From Okamejei kenojei (taxonomy: Eukaryota): 64,000 nucleotides of DNA. Within the stretch, counting starts at the first letter, position 1; each line of letters begins with the position of its first letter. Below, piece after piece: positions 35,510-48,725 of the stretch. The notes below the pieces were generated by a model. It saw only the letters and a list, made by a program, of their open reading frames with translations, ran no database searches and was not told the DNA's origin. The stretch is taken from contig CM069134.1 in NCBI GenBank assembly GCA_035221665.1, positions 17,546,001 through 17,610,000 of the forward strand, read 5' to 3'. Position numbers and translations under genes: made by a program.

Positions 35510-38500
35510 TCTTACCAGAGACAGCGGGCTTCACGATGTTAAGCTGGGCAAGCTGCCTGCAACCTATAAGATCACTATTGATCCCACCGTCGACCCAGCG
35601 GTCCATGCCCCCCACTATGTGCCACATGCCATGCGAGACAGAATTGAGTCTGAACTAAAAAACATGGTCTCCATGGGTGTACTAGCAGAAATCAGCGAAC
35701 GCACAGACTGGGTCTCCACCATGGTTGTCACACATAAGAAAGACAATAACGAGCTCCGCGTGTGCATCAATCCAAGAGACTTAAACATTGCCATCAAGCG
35801 CCCGCACTATCCGATGGGGACTGTCGAGGACATCGCTGCACAAATCGGGCGCCCAACAGTGTTTTCTGAACTAGTCGCAAAAAGCTCGTTCTGGCGGATA
35901 CCTTTGGATGACGAGTCCTCAAACCTCACCACTTTTGCTACACCATTTGGCAGATTCAAATTTCTTAGAATGCCATTCGGCACCAACTCAGCCAGCGAGG
36001 TTTTTCAAAGAACCATGGAACAGGTGTTCACAGGCCTCCTGTGTGCCATCATCGTAGATGACATCCTGGTTTATGGCAAGGACAAAGCGGAGCACGACAA
36101 CGACCTTAAGCTCATTCTGGACAGGGCACGTGAGCTTAGCCTAAAATTCAACCCTAAGAAATGCAAGTTCCGGGTTCCAGAGGTCACCTATGTCGGACAC
36201 GTATTCACTTCCGATGGTCTTAAGCCCGACCCGAAGAAGCATAGAAATATAGAAAATAGGTGCAGGAGTAGGCCATTCGGTCCTTTGAGCCTGCACCGCC
36301 ATTCAATATGATCATGGCTGATCATCCAACTCAGTATCCTGTACCTGCCTTCTCTCCATACCCTCTGATCCCTTTAGCCACAAGGGCCACATCTAACTCC
36401 CTCTTAAATATAGCCAATGAACTGGCCTCAACTACCTTCTGTGGCAGCGAATTCCAGAGACTCACCACTCTCTGTGTGAAAAATGTTTTCCTCATCTCGG
36501 TCCTAAAGGAATTCCCCCTTATCCTTAGATTGTGACCCTTTGTTCTGGACCTCCCCAACATCTGGAACAATCTTCCTGCATCTAGCCTGTCCGACCCCTT
36601 AAGAATTTTGTAAGTTTCTATAAGATCCCCCCTCAATCTTCTAAATTCGAGCGAGTACAAGCCGAGTCTATCCAGTCTTTCCTCATATGAAAGTTCTGAC
36701 ATCCCAGGAATCAGTCTGGTGAACCTTCTCTGTACCTCCTATGGCAAGAATGTCTTTCCTCAGATTTGGAGACCAAAACTGTACGCAATACTCCAGGTGT
36801 GGTCCCACCAAAACCCTGTACAACTGCAGTAGAACCTCCCTGCTCCTATACTCAAATCCTTTCGCTATGAATGCTAACATACCATTTGCTTTCTCGGATG
36901 CCATCCGAGAAATGCCAGCTGCTACCAACGTGCTAAGCCTACAACGATTTCTGGGTATGGTGAACTGTCTGGGAAAGTTCATACCGAATCTCAGCGAGAT
37001 AAATCACCACTGAGACAACTCACCCGCAAGGACACTGAATGGACCTGGTACCAGCAAGATCAACAGGTATTCAAATTTTTTTTTAAACTTCAACCGGCCA
37101 GCGCTCCCACCCTGACATACTTCGACCTGAAGCGTCCTGTCACGATAACCTGCGATGCCTCACAATATGGGCTGGGCGCAGCCTGCCTTCAAACATCTGC
37201 CGATGGGACTGTACTACCTGTATCTTATGCATCCCGCACCATGACGGACACCGAGCAGCGCTACGCCCAGATCGAGAAAGAGCTGCTAGCTGTGGTCTTC
37301 GCTTGCTCAAACTTCAAGGCCTTCAACTTTGGGAACACTTTCACAGTCGAAACAGACCACCAACCACTTGTAACCATCCTGAACAAACCCATACATGCAG
37401 CACCTGCACGACGCAGCGCATGATGATGCAGCTCCTGCAGTTCGGCTTCAGAATCGTTTACAAAAAAGGAAAGGACATGCTCGTTGCTGACACTCTCTCC
37501 CGTGCACCACGTGCATCCAGTGAACGACATCCCTATGAATGTGATGAGCTCACGGTTCTCAAGATTGACTTTGTTTCCACGGAACGCCTGCGTCGCCTGG
37601 CTGAACACACAGCCGCTGACGGCACTCTACAGCTACTCTCATCCATAATCAAAAGAGGCTGGCCAGACAGACAATCCAGCACACCACTGGAGGTGCAGCT
37701 GTTCTTCCTAGTCCGCAATGAGCTGGTAATACAGGACGGTGTCATTGTTAAAGGTCACAAAGTCGTGATCCCTTTATCCTTACAAGACGAATACTACAAA
37801 GAGGCACACACCGGTCACCCAGGTGCCGAGGCCACGTTGGCCCACACACAGAGTATGTTCTACTGGCCCGGGAAAGCCAAGTACATACGGGACAGAACAG
37901 CTTCCTGTCCCATCTGCAACAGTTTGGCACCACACCAACAGAAACAGCCTCTGCTACAACAACCCCCACCAGCTCTGCCTTGGACGTCGCTGACAGCAGA
38001 CATTTTCGAATGGCACGGTAACCACTACCTAGTCAGAGATGCCAACCCTAAATTTAGTTCACAGTAACATTTAACCCATTTGTCCGTAACAAATGGGGTT
38101 AAATGCATTTCTCTCCGTAAACACTCACCTGGGGTTGTTGCCGGCGGCTATGCGCCTGCGCACTGGTTGCAGTATCAGCGGGCTGCCGGCGGGCGGGTGC
38201 GGCACATGCGCACTTGGCATGGTTGCCGGCGGGGTCTGCGCCTGCGCACTGAGTGGGGGTGGGGGGGAGGCCCGGTGATGGGGCTGCCGCGAGCGGCCGG
38301 CTGGCGGCAAGAAAGTGCCGCTGATCGCGCGGGCCGGCGCCGCCCGGGCTCTGGGCCGGGCGTGGCTCGGCTCGAAATCGCGCCAGGCCCGCAAACCCTC
38401 CCCACTGCGCACGCGCGGCACTGGGGCCCCGAACCCTCCCCACTGCGCACGCGCAGCCACTGGGGCCCGGGCAACCCTCCCCACTGCGCACGCGCGGCCA

Positions 38501-39802
38501 CTGAGGCCCCCCGGCAAACCTCCACCACTGCGCAGGCGCGGTCACTAGGGCCCGGCAACCCTCCCCCACTGCGCACGCGCGGTCACTAGGGCCCGGCAAA
38601 ATGCGCTGATCGCGCGGGCTGGCAAACCGGGGACACATGGCGCCGGCGTTCTCGCGGGAGGAACACCGGCGCGGCGGTGTTCCGTAACAGCATGTTTGGC
38701 TGCCGGAAACACCGTAAAAAAAGTTATTTTCGCCGGGACTAAATACGGCGAATCCGGGACACTTGGCATCTCTGCCTAGTCCTAGTCGACTCCTACTCCA
38801 ACTGGTTCGAACTCGATTTACTGCCCACCATCACATCCGACATGGTTATTCAAAAGCTGCAGAGACATTTTTCCGTATTCGGCGCACCAGTCTGCCTGCA
38901 AACTGACAAAGGAAGACAATTTACCAGTCACCCATTCAAACATTTTGCCAACCGATGGAACTTCCACCATGTCACAAGCAGCCCTGAATACCTTCAAAGT
39001 AACGGGCTCGTTGAACGGGCCATCAGGATCGCAAAACAACTAATGGAATGCTCCCACCTGGCCAAGTCAGATGTGTATCTTGACCTTCTAAACCTCAGAA
39101 ACATCTCCAGAGATGGGATCCTGGGCTTACCAGCCCAACGGCTGATGTCTCGGACAACACAATCTCCAATACCAATTGCCCAGCGGAAGCTAGTGCCACA
39201 GGTGCTTAAGCCAGCCGCGGTCCAGAAGCACATCCAGGAGAACCACAACATCCAGAAATGCTCTTATGACCAGAAAAGTCCAGTAAACCACTGAAGCCGC
39301 TACTGCAGGGTCAAGTCGCCCGTTTGCAGACTGTTGTGGGACATTGCCGTCTAGGATTTGTGGTTGGCCCGTCTAAAGAACCCCGCTTGTCAACATCGAT
39401 GGTGCCCTGTACAGACGGAGCCGCCAACACTCGCTGTTTATAAAGGAACCCCGTCCACCTCCAGCCGATCCTTTTGCTCCACCCCTGCTGATTAAACCCT
39501 CTGCTGCTGCTATCACTAGTCCCAGCGGGTCCCGTTCTCCGCCACGGTCGGCAACCCCGTCTAACAACAACACTACCTCTGCCGCATGCTTACCCTACCG
39601 GTCGCCTGAAGTGTCCCCAGCTGCTTTTTCCCTTCTGGGTTCACTGCCTCCCTCCCCCACAACTTTTTCTGGTACGGAGGGAGAGGAGTTGGTCCATACG
39701 CTTTTGGGTCGTATTAGTAGATCGCCTGACAGATACGGCGAGTATGTTTAAATTTGCGCATCTTACCTATGCTTAACCTTATTCACTCTTTACGGGGAAG
39801 GA
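35510..39802 (+). mobile_element. Ty3/Gypsy LTR retrotransposon internal region (RT-RNaseH-integrase), 5'-truncated
   Basis: RT (RMPFG...IIVDDIL), RNaseH (CDASQYGLGA, YAQIEKELLA, TDHQPL), integrase (H..H.G...C..C, ADIF, TDKGRQF, QSNGLVER) in Gypsy order. Polypurine tract ggggaagga at 39794-39802. Interrupted by a CR1 tail at ~36240-36892 and a MITE at 38034-38774. Confidence 0.95.
38034..38774. mobile_element. MITE (hAT-like termini) with 6-bp TSD, copy 1
   Basis: TIR CAGAGATGCCAA / TTGGCATCTCTG and TSD CCTAGT. Removing the element restores the Gypsy integrase sequence HYLVLVDSYS. Confidence 0.92.
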
Positions 39803-40056
39803 TGTAGATTGGTTATTACATGTGAACCAATCATAGTAGAGTAGCATCATTAACCCCACCTCACTGTATGCTTTATATTAACACCCACTTCCTACATTAG
39901 GTAGTCTTGGAAGCGGTAGTGATGAACTAACAACTAACAACCTGCTGTACCGCTAAACAATGTGTTACAATTTTACTTCGAAGTCACGTAAGTGAATACG
40001 TGAAGAAGCCCGCAAAAGACCGCATGCGCGTCATTACATCTAGCGCATGGCACTAG

Positions 40057-40573
40057 CAGAGATGCCAACCCTAAATTTAGTTCACAGTAACATTCAACCC
40101 ATTTGTCCGTAACAAATGGGGGTAAATGCATTTCTCTCAGTAACATACTACTCACTTGGGGTTGTTGCCGGCGGCTATGCGCCTGCGCACTGGTGCAGAT
40201 CAGCGGGCTGCCGGCGGGCGGGTGCGGCACATGCGCACTTGGCAAGGTTGCCGGCGGGTCTGCGCCTGCGCACTGGGTGGGGGGGTGGGGGTGGGGGGGA
40301 GGCCCGGTGATGGGGCTGCCGCGAGCGGCCGGCTGGCGGCAAGAAACGTCGCCGTGTCGCTGGTCGCGCGGGCCGGCGCCGCCCGGGCTCTGGGCCGGGC
40401 GTGGCTGCGAGCTGCCGGGCTGGCAAACCGGGGGCACATGGCGCTGGCGTTCACCACGGGAGGAACACCGGCGCGGCGGTGTTCCGTAACAACATGTTTG
40501 GCTGCCGGAACACCGTAATATGGTTATTTCGCCGGGACAAAATACGGCGAATCCGGGACACTTGGCACCTCAG
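40057..40573. mobile_element. MITE with 6-bp TSD, copy 2
   Basis: Same family as 38034-38774 but lacking the internal tandem array. TSD CACTAG at 40051-56 and 40574-79. Confidence 0.9.
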
Positions 40574-42904
40574 CACTAGTCAGGGCAGCTCCCGCACTGC
40601 TCTGCAGGTAAGTCAGTTTTCTTCGGGCCGTTTCTATAGCGGGCCCCAAAAAAGTAGAAAGTAGCAAGGGTAGTATATATTTTTAGCCGCTTCAGTCTTT
40701 TTTTAGTCGGCAACGTAAGCAAGCGGCTCTAGATAGAGGGTTTCATGCGGCTATTGCGCTGATCTGCTCGGCAGGAGGACGACCCGGTTCAGAGCCGACA
40801 GGCTCGTTTAAAACTGGGTTTATGACTGTAGCCGTTACAGTCTTCAGCAGACGGCCCTAATAATAGAGGCTGCCGACATCACAGCTCCAATCGGGAGCAG
40901 GCAGCCAGAGTTACTAATTCAGCAAACTTACATTTATAAATTGCGGGTGTTACTACAGGTGAGTTTTTTAAAGACCACTTGGGTAAGTTTAGCCTGCTGT
41001 AGCACCAATCAAATTTAACTGGGTTGCTGCTACAGCTATGTTATAGCACATATAGTATATTCTTTTAATGAATGGCTATAATAGAGTTGGCATTTATAAT
41101 AGTTGCCACAGAGTCACCTTTGTGACTATCATAGCCAATACATCCTATGAGCTGCAAACTCCACACAGATATCTGTGGTCAGGATCGAAGCCAGGTCTGG
41201 TGCTATAAGCCCAGGTCTCTGGCATCAGCTCTACCAGCTGCACCATTATGCTGTATCCTCTGACTTATAATATCAGTTTCAGGTTTTATTCTTGGCAATT
41301 GTCATAAATATGTATTATGTTCATGTGACAATTTAATTTATGTTTTTTTAAAAGAGAGAAATTACAAGGAACATTTTTGTATTTCACTTACACCAATAAA
41401 AAGGTTTGTTGTGGAATTGGACCTGGACCATGGGAAGTCCAGAGCCCCTGGCTTTGGAAGCCTTGTTGAGCTGTGCTATAGTCACCTGGTTGGGAACTCA
41501 CATGGGGGATTCATGGTAATTACGCTCGTTTATGTAGTTGGACTGTGGAAGTTCTTTCCAAAGGACGCCAACTTTATGCATAAAAACCCTCTTCCCAATT
41601 AAATCAGATTTTTGATCAATTAAATGATTCATATATCTGATTTAATTGGGGTTTGTTTCATATGTAAGCGTCATTTCCTTTGACAAACACCTGGCTGGTT
41701 TGGTGTGTTTGGTTTTTGTTTTGTTTGTCGAGCGCATTTTTCTCCCCATCTGTCTGGCGTATGGGGGCCTCCCATGGTTTACTCCAGTCCTTACCCTGTA
41801 TACTATGTTGCAACGGAAGGGAGCAGGATCGGAGTCACTTGACATGCATCCTGTGTGTAAATGAGGGATGGATAAACACAGCATCGATCTTGCTCAGCTT
41901 GGTCCAGGCAGATGCTGAAGGGAGCAACCTGACAAAACCCCAGATCTGGGCAACGTTGCCATGTCTTGGGACTTCGTTGTCAGACAAGATTGGGTTTTGT
42001 CTCAATTGACGAACATGTTGATGAATCAAATGTTAACACAAAGAATGGCTCCGTCCTTAAGAGCATCTGTCGGCAGAAGCTTCATGGTTCAGCGTTGCTA
42101 TTGTCTTCCCACTCAAAAAAAAAACAATAACATTGAGCGGAGTGGTGAAGTGGTGCTAATGTTATACAAACATGCCTGAAGCATGGAATGGTTCAGGGTT
42201 GCAATTTTCCACCCCAAACTCGGTTGGAGAAGTGTAGTGGGATGTGTGGTTGGTGCTATAAGTATTTGCACTCTGCCGAGGCAGCTCCTGGATCAGGTTT
42301 GCATAAGTCCTCCCATTCGGATGTGATGTAAGTTGAAGATGGAGCCAGATATATTATGCCCAGTATTACGGGGGAAGTGTTCACTGGCTGTTCAAGTCAT
42401 ATGCCTGCAGCTAGGAACTTGGTTCAAGGTTGCATTTTCCTCCCACCCAAAAGGCTTTTGGGGATGGTGTCGCAAATTATGCTCGGTATAGAAGCATGCA
42501 ACAGACAGTTTGAGGCATACGGATGGTAACACCTGGTTCAAGGTGCAACTTACTTGCAACTCTAAGAGAGTGGTCAAAGTGTTCAGTATGGACTAACTCC
42601 AAATATGACCCCGAGATATGATTTGTTCCGAGCTCCATGCTTTAATGCATGATCTACGACAATCGCGATAGTGGAAAAGCGGTGTGCTCTTGCCTCTAAA
42701 ATTGCGATCCGTCGAGGAAGGTCTAGCCACTAAAAGGAAAAAGTTGGCCTGCCAGCATCAGCTATCTAACAGAGAATGGACATACATGATGAACAGTAGT
42801 ATGCGAATTAAACTTCGCTGAATCTCCAACAAAGGTAAGCGACCTGGGAGTTTGTGACGCGGTATGTAGGTCTTTCTTTATTTAACCTCTGTTGAGACTC
42901 TGAA

Positions 42905-45900
42905 ATAAGCATAGATAATAGGTGCAGGAGGTGGCCATTAGGGCCCCTTCGAAGCCAGCACCAAACCATTCATATGGTGTTATGGCTGATCGTCTGCTAT
43001 GTCAATTACCCGTGCCTGCCTTCACCCATTCAATTGACTCCACGAGCCCTAGAGCTCTATCCAAACTCTCTCTTAATCCATCTCAGTGATTTTGCTCCAC
43101 TGCCTCTGTGGCAGGGAATTCATAAATTTCTACAACTTCTGGGTTTAAATAAAATGTTTTTTGTCTCCTCATGTGCTTAAATGACCTCCCCGTTTATTAT
43201 AATAATGTGGCCCTGGTTCTGGGACTCACCAAACATTGGGATCATTTTCTCCTTGCATTCTAGCTTGTCCAGTCCTTTATTAATTTTACTGTGGTTTTCT
43301 ATAAAATAGGAGACCGAGACTGTACCACAATTAGACCGACCAGTTGTGGTCTTCACCAGAGCCCTATTTACAGTGCAGAAGAAAACCTCTTTACTCCTGT
43401 ACTGAAATCCTTTGTTATGATGGCCAACATTACATTAACTTGCTTCACTGCCTGATGTACAGCACGCCAACTTGTGAATGGTGTACAAAGGACACAAGGT
43501 CTTGCTGCTACCTCTCATTACGTAGCCTAACCCCATTGAGATAATAATCTGCACCTTGTTTTTTGCACCAAAGTGGTTAACTCACATTTATTATATTATA
43601 CTGTATCTGCCGTGCATCTGCCCACTCACTCACCTGTCCGGTCCCTCTGCAACCTACCTAAACATCTCTTCACAGTTCATCGTTCTGGACCTGCAGCTTT
43701 GTGTAATCGCAAACTTGCTGGTGTTGCTCCTAATTCCCTCTTCCCAAATCATTTGTATATATATGGTAAACAGGTTGGCCACAACACCGAGCCTTTCGGG
43801 CCACTCCACTCGCCACTGCCATTGCCTTTCTGAAAAGGTCCCGTCACTCTATATTTGCTTCCGGTGTCTGCCTAACCAATTTTCTATCACATGTCACACC
43901 CTACCCCCAATACCATGTGACTCTAAATATTTAGTCACCAGTTGCTCACGTGCGGGACCTTATCAAGTGACCTTCTGAAAGTCTAAGGATACGCACTACT
44001 TCCACTGGATCCCTTCTTCCATTTTACTTGTCATCCTCAAAAAATTCCAGAAGATTAGTCAGCTTGATTTCCTTTCATTAATGCTCCATGTTTGACTTGG
44101 ACAAATCATTTTACTGCTATCCAAATGCTCATTACTACCTCTTTATAATTGATACTCCGATAGCATCTTTTCCCACACACCGAATGTCAGGCTAATTCTG
44201 GGTCTAATTCCCGTTTTCACTCTCGCTCCTTTCTTGAAAAGTGATAACATTAGCTATCCTTCATCCACAGGAAACTGAACTGAATCTATTGAACATTGGA
44301 AATTACTCACCAATGCTTCACTAATTTTAGAGAGCCACCTCCCTGTGGGTCCCTGGGATGCGACCATCAGGCCGAGGGGATTTTTCATCCATTAGCCTAC
44401 CCAATACTATTTCTGCCTAATGAAAATTTATTCAAGTTCTATAACCCCTTTGATATTCTGTCCTCCAGTACATTGTGGAGATAGTTTCTGTCCTACTTTG
44501 GTGAAGTACAGATCCGATGTTAACCTTTAACTCTACTGGCCTGTGTTTCCTTGTTTGCCCCCCCCCCATAATGTAGTTCACCCGTGTCTGCCTTCAAGGG
44601 ACCCACATTTGACTTTACTACTACGTTTTTCCCTTCAACATATCTATATATGCTTTTACTCTTGCCTTCTTTATATTCCTGGCCAGCTTCCCCTCATACT
44701 TCATATTTTGCAGCGTATGTGGCCCTGTTTTGTTCTTTTCTGTTGTTCCGTATGGAAAGTTTCCCAATCCTCTGGCTTTCCGGACTACCTTTGCTGTGGT
44801 TATATTCTTTGTCTTTTATGTTTTTTTCTATCCTAACGTCTTGTCAGCTCGGGTTGCCTCTGACTCCCCTTAGATCCTTTCTTCCCTTTTTGGAATGAAA
44901 TGAATCCTGCGTCTTCCGGGATTTTGACAGAATTCCCTTTGGCATTGCTGTTCCACGTCATTCCTGCTAGGGGGATATCCTTTCTGTCTACTTTGGGCCA
45001 GTTCCCCTCTCATGCCTTCATAGTCCCCTTTGGGCAACTGCATCACTGCACTTCTGATTTTAAAGTTCTCCTTTCAAAATTGCAGATAAAATTATATCAG
45101 TTTATGCTTCGCTACCTCATAGCTGTCCTTTACCTCGGAGTTCTCTTATCAGATCTGGTTCATTGGACAACACTAAAATCCAGAATTGCCATTTTCTTGT
45201 CGGCTCCATTACATAGCTGGCGCTTCTACGGAATCCATTCTTGGAGGCATTCTAACTAAACTCTCCTTCTTGGGGTCTGAACCAACCTGATTTTCCCAGT
45301 CTTCCTGCATAATTAAATCCCCATCACCACTGTGGCATTTACCTTTGTTCAATGCCAGTTTTAACTCTTTGCGTGCAACTTTACACCCTACTTGCTTCGG
45401 GCGCTACTAATTTGGGGGTCTGTAAATAAACAACATATTTTTGTGCTTCTTGCCTTTTACAATTCTAAACTCATTCCAACTGTGACTTACTCATCGCAGT
45501 CCGTTATGTCTTCCCTCGCAAGGGACTGAATTTAGACCAGCAGTAGCTTTGCCGCCCCTCCTCTGCCCACCGCCTTGTCCCGTTTCTTTATAGGAGATTA
45601 ACACTGAATTTAAGTTCCCAGGCCCCCGATCCTCCTGCGAGCCACGTCTCAGTAATCCCCACAATGTCATACCGCTAACTGGAGCTCAAGCTCATTACTT
45701 TACTTCTTATACTTGCGCGTCATGTGACAATACTTTTAATTCGTTTGCATCTCACCTTTACATCCGATCCCCTATTACATTTGGCCATACTCCTCATATC
45801 CCTTTGTGAGCTTTCCTTTCCCCATTAATTCTGGGGTATTAAACCATCCCTTTACTCTCTTTCCCTTTAACTCCATCCTCGACTTCTCATTTGACCCACC

Positions 45901-48725
45901 CCACCCCCTATTCAGTTAAAACCACTGGTGTAGCAGTGGCAAAACCTGCCTGCAGAATGCTGGTCCCCAACCAGTTAAGATGCATCGTCCTTTTGTACAG
46001 TTCCCCTTACTCCAAACAGATCCTTTTGATCTAAGATCTAAATCCATGCCCCACTGCAACCAGTTACTCAGCCACCACCATTCAGGTCCCGGTAATCGCG
46101 ACTGTTTCCTGCTCTCGCCAGCACGGGGAACTGGAAGCAACCGGAAGATGGACTGTTATATGAATGGTGGCAAATTAGGAAAAAGGGGAGTGCAACGAGA
46201 CCTGGGTTGTCATGGTACACCAATCATGTAAGTTAGGCAATGAGGTGAGAGGCAGTGAGAAAGCAAATGGTATGTTAGCAGTCTTAACAAAATGATTTGA
46301 GTATAGGAGCAGGGGATGTTCTACTGCAGTTATACAGGGTTTTGTGAGACTACACCTGGAGTATTGCGTATAGTTTTGGTCTCAAATCTGAGGAATACAT
46401 TCTTGCCATAGAGGGGGTAATGAGAATGTTCACCAGACTGATTATGGATGTCAGGACTTCTATGGGAATGACTGGATAGACGTGGCATGTACTCACTAGA
46501 ACTTAGAAGCCTGGACGGGGGGATCTTATAGAAACTTACAAAATTCTTAAGGGGTCGGACAGGTAGATGAGGGAAGATTGTTCCAGATGTTGGGGAGGTC
46601 CAGAACAAGGGTCACAATCTAAGGATAAGGGGGAATTCCTTTATGACGAGTTGGAAAACATTTTTCACACAGAGAGTGGCGAGTTCTGGGAATTCTATGC
46701 CACAGAAGGTAGTTGAGGCCAGTTCATTGGGCTATATTTAAGAGTTAGATGTGGTCCTTGTGGCTAAAGGGATCAGGGGTATGGAGAGAAGGCAGGTACT
46801 CAGGATACTGAGTTGGATGATCAAAGCCCATGATCATATTGAATGGCGGTTGCATGGCTCGAACGGCCGAAGGCCTACTCCTGCACCTATTTTCTATAAA
46901 AACCCCGCGGTCATGCTTTTCTTTTTTTTTTTTTTTTAAATTTTTTTATTATAGGAAAACAAAGAATTACCAAGTACACTCTTATACAACGAATAAAAAT
47001 ATATGATATTAATAATAAATTGCACCCCCCCCCCCCTAATTATATTATTTGTAATATTATATCAATTATACATATCAAGGTTAATTATTTTTGGTATAAT
47101 AGGGGGAGTGTGTATAGTACATTCCTTAATATTAGCAATATACTCATACTACTATATTATCCATATTTCCTTGATTTAAAATACATGTCCCCCATGTTAT
47201 AATTGTAATAATACACCAATATTAAAGAACCTCTATAAATATTCAATTATATTTTTCATAATAATAAGAGTGTTTGTATTATTATTGACTTTTATATTTC
47301 TAAATTATTATATAGTTGAAATACCATTTTATGTAATTAAAAAATTACAAGAAATCAAATAATATTTTCATCAGTAAGTATTCTATATTGCATTAATTTA
47401 AGAATTTAATTAATGTGTTTCTATTTTTTTTTCTCTAATTAGGATAGAAAAAAATAAAGAATAGTAGATAGAAAAGAGGAGTGTTTGAAAGTTTGATGGA
47501 GATTGAAATATTACTCATTAATCCGTCCTTGGAGATATATTCATGATTTATTATATATATTTCTTCATCCAATTCAGTAATTCAGGCCTCGTCAAGTCTT
47601 TACTTTTCAGCATTTTTCCGAAGCCTCTCTAATCATGCCTGCAGAATATTCATCCCCTTCTTTCCGACATTGTTTGTGTCGACCATGCACTACCACTTCA
47701 GCCTGTTTCACCTTCGCTCTTGAGGTTTTTCTTTATCTGTATGTGGATCCTGGATCCTGGCACCAGGGAAGGCAGCACACCATCTCGAATCCCATCTGTT
47801 GCCCGCAGAAACCCCTGTCCGTACCTTTCAAATGGAGATCCAACTTAATGGCGTTGCCTGACGTTGCCTCTTGGGTTTTTGCTCTACAGCCCTTTTTGCT
47901 TCCCCCCGCAAGCCAGTCGCTGCTCAGTGTTTTATCGTCTTCTGTCCCTTACACCTTCTTAGTGGGCGACTGCTAACAAGAGGTACAACACCCGGGGACC
48001 TTTTGCATTCCAAGTTTCCCTCCCTTTCTCACCGGTCCCCCACTTTCTCTTTCCAGAACCTTTGGTGTAACAATCTCACTGTAGGCTTGTCGAGGAACGA
48101 CTCAGTTTCTCGGACGAACCTGAGGTCATCCACTTGCTTTTCCTGTTCCCCCAAGACGGTCCTTCAGGAGCTGTTACCTGGATGCACTTATCACATTTGT
48201 AGCAGCCAGAGGCAAACAGCGGTGTTCTGGATCTCCCACTTTATGCAAGCATCACACTGATTCATCTTGCATTAACTTCTCCTTCTTTCGTCTCTCCATC
48301 TCCAGGTTTGCGTTAGCACTCCTTCACTCAGCGAAGAATATGGAGCCAAAGCTAGCACTTTTCTCACAAACAGGCCGCTTCCTTAAGAGCTGCCAGCTTT
48401 ATTGACTGATAAATTGCCTAATTTACCAATTTACAACCAAATTCCTCAGTTTTCAACTGTTTTCCCCTCTGGACTCACTTCCAACTCTCCTACCACTCGG
48501 GCTAGAACCAATCAGTGTTTTCTCCTGCTTATCTTTGTTGCTGTCAAATCCACGGGAGCTCTGAGTAAAGTCTGTCTGTGCTTTGCCTCTCCTTTTCAAC
48601 TGTTTTCACCCTCTGACTCACTTCTAACTCACCTCCCACTGGGGCTAGAGCCAATCAGTGTTTTCTCCTGCTTATCTTTGTTGCTGTTGCTTCCAAATCC
48701 ACAGGAGCTCCGAGTCTGTCAGCCC
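42905..48725 (-). mobile_element. Near full-length CR1 LINE inside the DIRS element, carrying a plus-strand CR1 3' fragment (~46148-46897) and an AT-rich poly(T)-led insert (~46917-47580)
   Basis: Colinear similarity to the CR1 at 23040-26984. ORF1 region at 45900-46140 resumes at 47590-48270. The 5' UTR has a ~140-bp tandem duplication at 48450-48712. Confidence 0.8.

Noticed and set aside
38080-38769. Stack of overlapping GC-rich ORFs (also at 39973-40664)
   Set aside because: The GC-rich MITE is depleted of stop codons and shows no transposase or host-protein motif.
46917-47580. Very AT-rich segment considered as organellar or foreign DNA
   Set aside because: It starts with poly(T) and interrupts a CR1, which fits the 3' end of a minus-strand poly(A) retroelement. 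No mitochondrial gene is recognisable and local sequence quality is doubtful.
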